A DNA stretch of 64,000 nucleotides from Basidiobolus meristosporus CBS 931.73 (taxonomy: Eukaryota; Fungi; Basidiobolomycota), in the NCBI GenBank assembly GCA_002104905.1, contig MCFE01000115.1:62001-126000 (forward strand), read 5' to 3'. Positions within the stretch are counted from its first letter, which is position 1. The number at the start of each line of letters is the position of its first letter. The position numbers and the translations under genes are program-made. Under the pieces are notes generated by a model. That model was given only the letters and a program-made list of their open reading frames with translations, made no database searches and had not been told where the DNA came from. This document shows, one piece after another, positions 58,811-64,000 of this stretch.

Positions 58811-59452
58811 TCTAGTCTAGGTAGAGGAAGAGGCAGTGCCGGCAAAAAACACGTCGGGTGGCATTTATATGTCTGCACCTGTCCACGACCAATATTACTA
58901 TATATATACATCCACAGCGAAAATTCTCTTTCGAAGTGAGCCAAGAAATTCAGGCCAGTACCATATGTAGGGCGGTGGGCCGATTCATTCATATTCCACA
59001 CCAACGCAGTTTATTTGTTAAGGTTGTAACTTACCTCAAGGAAATCTGGCGTTCAGCTTCTTTGATTTGGGAATACCCGGCGAACAAACATACATGGATT
59101 TCCATATCCGTTACAATTTCATCTATTTAGTGAAAATTGTTGGCGTTGATCATATATTTTATTTCGCATCAGGTTCAGGTATATTAAGAATCCATCTGGA
59201 GTCTAGATAGATTCTTAGCGTACCATTGGCAACATGCGAAAAGTCCCTCTATATACAAGAGATAATTCGATGCGATGTGGAGGCGTACTGTCACTGATTC
59301 GGCCGAGCTGGGGAAGGCGGTGTACTTGCTTTACTTTGTGAGCTGCGAAAGATACGGCTCGTTTTTTATTGTTCGAATACTTCTTATATACTTTCCCAAG
59401 ACGTGACGGGTGCTTGAGAGGGCATGTACAAATAAACACTGGAGTGAATACA

Positions 59453-59894
59453 CTACTCGGCATTGGCCGGTCGCTCAACTCGAACAATGTCCCAGTCTTC
59501 CTCTTCGTCGGCTTCTTGTTGTAGACGCTAAAGAATCCGCCCATCAGTCACTGCACTGAAACCAACCTATCATAAACTCTACAAACCCAGTACTCTTCCT
59601 GGAGCGAGAATTTGCGCCGATTTTTGTCCAACTTCAGCTTCTCCTCGGTACTCATCTGGTGGGGGTGGTGATATTGAATATCTCTGTTGACCGGTGAGGA
59701 GATGAACCACAATGCCCACTTACCGCGTTGACTTTATTATCATGAAAATCGTATCTTGTCTGAGTCATTTGGGTCAATAAAAACGAGCTTCCGACTATTA
59801 TAGTCAGGAAAGGAACCCCAAAAGCAACCACCGGGTGCTTTCTTATTATTGACGCTAATGGATACGAACTTGGTCGGCGATTCACAAATGGCAT
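59453..59894 (-). CDS. COX16: Cytochrome c oxidase assembly protein Cox16 (3 exons)
   Basis: KHPVVAFGVPFLTIIVGSSFLLTQMTQTRYDFHDNKV | ..RRKFSLQEEYW | RLQQ..EDWDIVRVERP, reconstructed across two GT-AG introns. Confidence 0.9.
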
Positions 59895-61004
59895 CGGTTT
59901 GGGTATAGTCGTTAACAGACAGCGGGGATTTGGCAAAATTTGTTGAATATCAATGTCCGGAACGTGGCTAACTCCTGGTCCAAACTAACCACTGGGGAGG
60001 AAAGCTGAGTAAACTTAAGCAAGCTCGTGGATTGAAACCTAACCCAAAATAGAAGGGCTTTCTGGAAAATCCAGGTTTGGCGAAATGACACTAGATGATG
60101 CAAGTATCAGAATGTCTGATCTCCAGTCTTGATGGAGGCTTCATTTACAGCGCGGGTACCACCCCAAGTCACTCATGTTCACGCTTGTTTGATCAAGAAA
60201 ACTTTGGTGGTAGACATGTTTCACCCACTTTTGTCAGATGATTGATGGGCCAATGGGCACGATGAAATCACCAAGCGTGTAGGGTTAGGGGTGGATGGGT
60301 CGGTGACGGATCATATCGAACTGACTTCATGACGCAACTCAGTTTGTAGTACCTTGCACAAGGGGAAAACCATAATCAGCGAAGTGCCTTTTGAGACCAA
60401 CGGAAATAGTGTTAAGCCATGTTGACCAAATGTGGTGCTGACATCATAATTCTCAGGCCTGGAAGAGACGTCTTTGGCTCCAATCCCATCGTACGCTTTT
60501 ATTATTAGATAGCCTCTTCAACAGGGGCACTGACTCTACCATTCATTTCCCGGCCAAATGAACTTCTCAGTCTTTGTACAAAATCACCTGGAGGCACCTG
60601 CATCGAGGGTAAAGTATATCCCGAGAAATATCTTACCACCCAGGGAATATGGTCCATGAGGCCAACATGAACGATTCAATGAGGCTAATATGTACGATGT
60701 GGGTGAGTAAATCTTCATGTTGTGGTATGCAACTGAATCGTACCCAATATCAATTCCATATTTGGTGAAGGTAAGACATCAGGTGATTCACCTCCGAGTG
60801 ACTGCAGTATTCAATGGATCCCATATATTTATATCTCCTCATCGAGGGTGGAGTTTAAAGTGAATTTAGCATATAAGGAGAATATATCCCGCGCTACTAC
60901 ATTTAGTTGTATCTTCTCTCCCACATTAACTTTGGCTTTACAGTTCAAGCAATACGTTTCCCGCTCAACTTTCTCCCTGAAGCTGCCTTCAAAGAATCAT
61001 TGAA

Positions 61005-62114
61005 ATGACTATTACTGGAAACATCAAAATCGAGATAAAACCCATACATGATAGGGTGTTCCTTCCCTACACACGTGTTTCCGAGGTTGAACATCCAGTG
61101 GAGACCACCATACAGGGGAAGGTCTTGATTCATCTAAAGAAAGCCCTCAAAGTTTCCTCCATAACGCTACAGCTTGAGGGGTACTTAGAAGAGAAAGGTA
61201 TCTTTCCTTTTCTATGTCGAGGCAATTGTAATGCTACATATGACTAACGGTCTCTTTTAGCTTTTGGCGTCAAATCTTTCAAGCTACAAGGACAACGCTG
61301 CTTGGTAAAGGAGAAACGGATATTCCTCGGTTCCCCAGCGTCTCTTCAGTCACTCAGTGCCGGGTCACATGTGTTTGACTTCAGCTTCAATGTGAGCTCT
61401 GAATTACCCGAGACAGTGTGCAGTCCATTCCTTGATATTCGATACAGGCTAGTTGCCGTGCTAAAGAAATCCGGGCTCTCTAGCAAGGTGAAGCAAGTAA
61501 AGGACCTATCCATCTACCGCACGTGCGATGATTTCGAGTCTGACGTATACTCCGCCGTTACCTTGGCAAATTCCTGGCCGAAAGTGATGGACTATAGTGT
61601 AGCACTTCCTAGCAAGATATTAACTCTTGGCGAGATAGTGCCGGTTGAATTCCATCTATGGCCACACCTCAAAGACATCAAATTCCTTGGACTGGAGTTT
61701 TCGCTGGTAGAAGACATCACTTATTCCGGTAGAAATGCGGACGGTGCAGCCAACACCAAGCGTTGGATTGGACTGAAATCGACATGCACGACCCATGATA
61801 ATCTGGCGGCAAATAAGCTGGTTCGCGTTCATATTCCCAATGACACCAGGGTGCGATGTGACATCAATCACGAGCTGATACAGATTCGACATAAATTGGA
61901 GGTGAGAATCTTGTTTGAGAGCCACCGAAAGTTGAACTCCATCACTCTGAGGTGTTTGGTAGTGATCCAGCCAGAGCCAGAAATTGAAGAAGATTTGCCT
62001 TCCTATCCACAATCATTCACGAACCAACTTGTCGAGGCATCGAACTCAGAGGTCGAATCTCTGGAGTGGGCAAACGTCCCACTTCCTACCTACGAAACTA
62101 TCCTTGCGCAGTGA
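61005..62114 (+). CDS. Alpha-arrestin (arrestin N/C domains) with C-terminal PY motifs
   Basis: G.V.I.LKK.LKV.SI.LQLEG, H.FDFSF.V..ELPET..IRYRL.A and I.HKL.V, plus LPSY and LPTY motifs. One intron at ~61198-61260. Confidence 0.88.
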
Positions 62115-62929
62115 TGCAAAGCCATCACATGTAACAAATCTGTGAATACTCTACTAGCTAATGATTCCGCATCTAATTGTAAACTTACTATCCATATCCG
62201 ATCTCATCTTTCATGTTGTACCATACATACACCCACACCGACAAAACATACTCTTTTGGTCTGGATGCTATATTCCGTGCACCTTCTAATAATAAACTTA
62301 CCCGTCAATATGGTAAAACAACGCTTTGTGAGAATGGGAAAGGTGACACAAGCGAATCCACGTTTGACTGCCATGACGTAAATAGCACCTCACTACGTTG
62401 TATGGTTATTCCAGAACTATTATTCCTCGTTCGGGTTGCCATCGTGGACCACCAACTCTGCATCAAAGTATTCCAGGAAATTGAAAAATCCAACTTGATA
62501 GGCCTGTCACCTGCATTATCAACGTAGTCACTTGAAGCCTAGCCTTCGAGTAAGGCGTCTCGGAGATTTATTGGTGCTGTAATACGGGCTGTATTATGAG
62601 TTGCCTTATGGTGAAGTGATGGTTGGCTGAGAAATTTTCGAACTCCCTGGTGGTTTATGTTCTTTGGTCCGAGTGGAGCAAGTAGAGTTTTAACTGTTTA
62701 TTACTGCCTAACCTACTTTTTTTGAAATCCAAGATCTGGTGTTGTAATTGCCTGGTAGGCCGATGCGATACTAGGTGCTTACACAAATACCATATGTGAA
62801 TGAGATTTACCAGAAGGTCGCCAGTTCAATCTTGGCAGTAGGCAAATTTTTTCATCCTGGTATTAATCAAGTAGTTTGGGGCAAATTTACAAATTTCCCA
62901 TAATTTATTGTGCTTACACATTAACGTAA

Positions 62930-62935
62930 TATAAA
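62930..62935 (+). promoter_or_regulatory. TATA box of the U6 gene
   Basis: TATAAA about 30 nt upstream of the inferred U6 start at 62964. Confidence 0.7.
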
Positions 62936-62963
62936 GTGTGTATGGGGCTGTCGTATATGTCAA

Positions 62964-62989
62964 GTCCTTCGGGACCTCTGACACTTGAA

Positions 62990-63020
<31 letters not shown>

Positions 63021-63082
63021 GGCCCCTGCACAAGGATGACACGTAAATCTTGAGTGGACACCTCTTCGGAGGACATTTTTTT
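62964..63082 (+). ncRNA. U6: U6 spliceosomal snRNA
   Basis: 5' GTCC-TTCG-GGAC stem-loop, ACAGAGA box (63004-63010), AGC triad/ISL GATTAGCATGGCCCCTGCACAAGGATGACAC and a T7 Pol III terminator. Confidence 0.97.
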
Positions 63083-63294
63083 GATAGTCTATTATCTGAA
63101 TTACTCGGAATATTGCACCTAATGCGTTGTGTCAATTGTGGCTTTTGTGCATTTAGTAGCGAGAACTAAGCGAAAGAACATTTCTTGACTCTTTCATCGA
63201 ATTCAATCTATAATTGAAGAGGTAGTAAATACTCACTTTATTGTATATTTTTATATATCCATTCCTTTACGTATTGTTCATTTTCTCCACAGCT

Positions 63295-63303
63295 GTTCAA
63301 TTC
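63295..63303 (+). promoter_or_regulatory. Possible downstream B-box for U6
   Basis: GTTCAATTC fits GTTCRANNC and lies ~210 nt past the terminator. A motif this short could occur by chance. Confidence 0.3.
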
Positions 63304-63897
63304 TCCTCGTCATATAAAAACTTCCGGATACTTTAACTAAATCTGATGGACCGAGGTCGAAAGGTATCAAAATGGAAAAAGATTGATGGATGAAGTCAGC
63401 TTAATTGACAAGCTTAGGCAGACAAAATTTAATACGAGCCTGGTCCTTCGTACTTGATTACTAACATGCCAGTTTTGGTACTTTGTATATGTAGGGTTTG
63501 GGAATCCTGATAATCATACTTAGAGTAGCTCATTTTCAGCGAGTTTGAAAGATAGAGTCAAGGCACCCAAGGTGAACTTTTACTATATAGAGTGCACTTT
63601 CCTTAAATATACCTATAGCTTGCCAAGGACCTGGCTACAGTTGGACATTCCTATACAACCTTAACTAGTTTTTGCACATGAATTTCAATTGTTTACTTCC
63701 ACCCTTGTTTGTTTCAGCTTGATAGTCTGAGATACATTTGAGCATACAGATAGCTCATTGTATTTTACAATGTAAATTCAATTTGAAGTGCACAAGTGGG
63801 TCTTCTATAAAACAGGTCTGCATATTAGCCCTTTTTAATTAGAACTGGTCATATCAAATTAACCAGTATGTAATGTTGATTTTGCTGATCATTGTAT

Positions 63898-63970
63898 GGC
63901 CCTATAGCTCAGTACAAAGAGTGTCTCCCTTCAGAGGAGAAAGTCATTGGTTTGACCCCCACCTGGGTTG
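63898..63970 (+). pseudogene. Degenerate tRNA-like sequence with anticodon TCA (probably decayed tRNA-Arg(TCG) or a SINE head)
   Basis: D stem GCTC/GAGT, perfect anticodon stem TCTCC/GGAGA with loop CTTCAGA, 5-nt variable loop and T loop TTTGACC. Mismatches in the acceptor and T stems. Confidence 0.75.
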
Positions 63971-64000
63971 GTGATAATTCTTTTGGTGAGATGTATCTCA

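Noticed and set aside
62520-62900. Additional snRNA or SRP RNA upstream of U6
   Set aside because: No U1/U2/U4/U5 signature, Sm site or SRP domain IV motif could be identified. There are only short incidental hairpins.
63898-63970. Functional tRNA-Sec or genetic-code-change tRNA-Trp(UCA)
   Set aside because: The variable loop is only 5 nt, the T loop and stems are broken, and neighbouring genes show no in-frame TGA read-through (TGA serves as a normal stop).

Overview
Eukaryotic, most likely fungal, genomic DNA. An early-diverging lineage is inferred from gene content, short GT-AG introns with CTAAC branch sites and the TE families; the species cannot be named from sequence alone. The window has two sharply separated compartments. 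(1) 1-~35,600 is an AT-rich, CpG-depleted nest of decayed transposons. It holds three long Ty1/copia copies plus fragments and a solo LTR, all of one family primed by a tRNA-iMet half. A near-complete Ty3/gypsy element (Gypsy-A) sits inside a pol-less gag-protease gypsy (Gypsy-B). Gypsy-B appears to have undergone a ~9.8-kb internal inversion that left a 568-bp palindrome. CACTA/EnSpm-like transposase remnants carry an unknown accessory ORF, and there are two copies of a ~730-bp foldback MITE. (2) ~35,860-64,000 is a gene-dense, CpG-rich block: RasGEF, CHL1/DDX11, Cue1-like, MEIOB-like, a second REM-less RasGEF, DHX40-like DEAH helicase, F-box/LRR, orphan membrane protein, F-box-like protein, GPI-anchored chitin deacetylase, COX16, alpha-arrestin, U6 snRNA and a degenerate tRNA-like sequence with a UCA anticodon. 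I found no clear new enzymatic system. The strongest second-look signals are structural: the LTR inversion/palindrome, 5' versus 3' LTR types that cluster by position rather than by element, the gag-PR-only gypsy, the foldback MITE, a U6 with an extra 3' UUCG hairpin, the UGA-reading pseudo-tRNA and the MEIOB-like gene. All alignments and identity estimates were made by eye.
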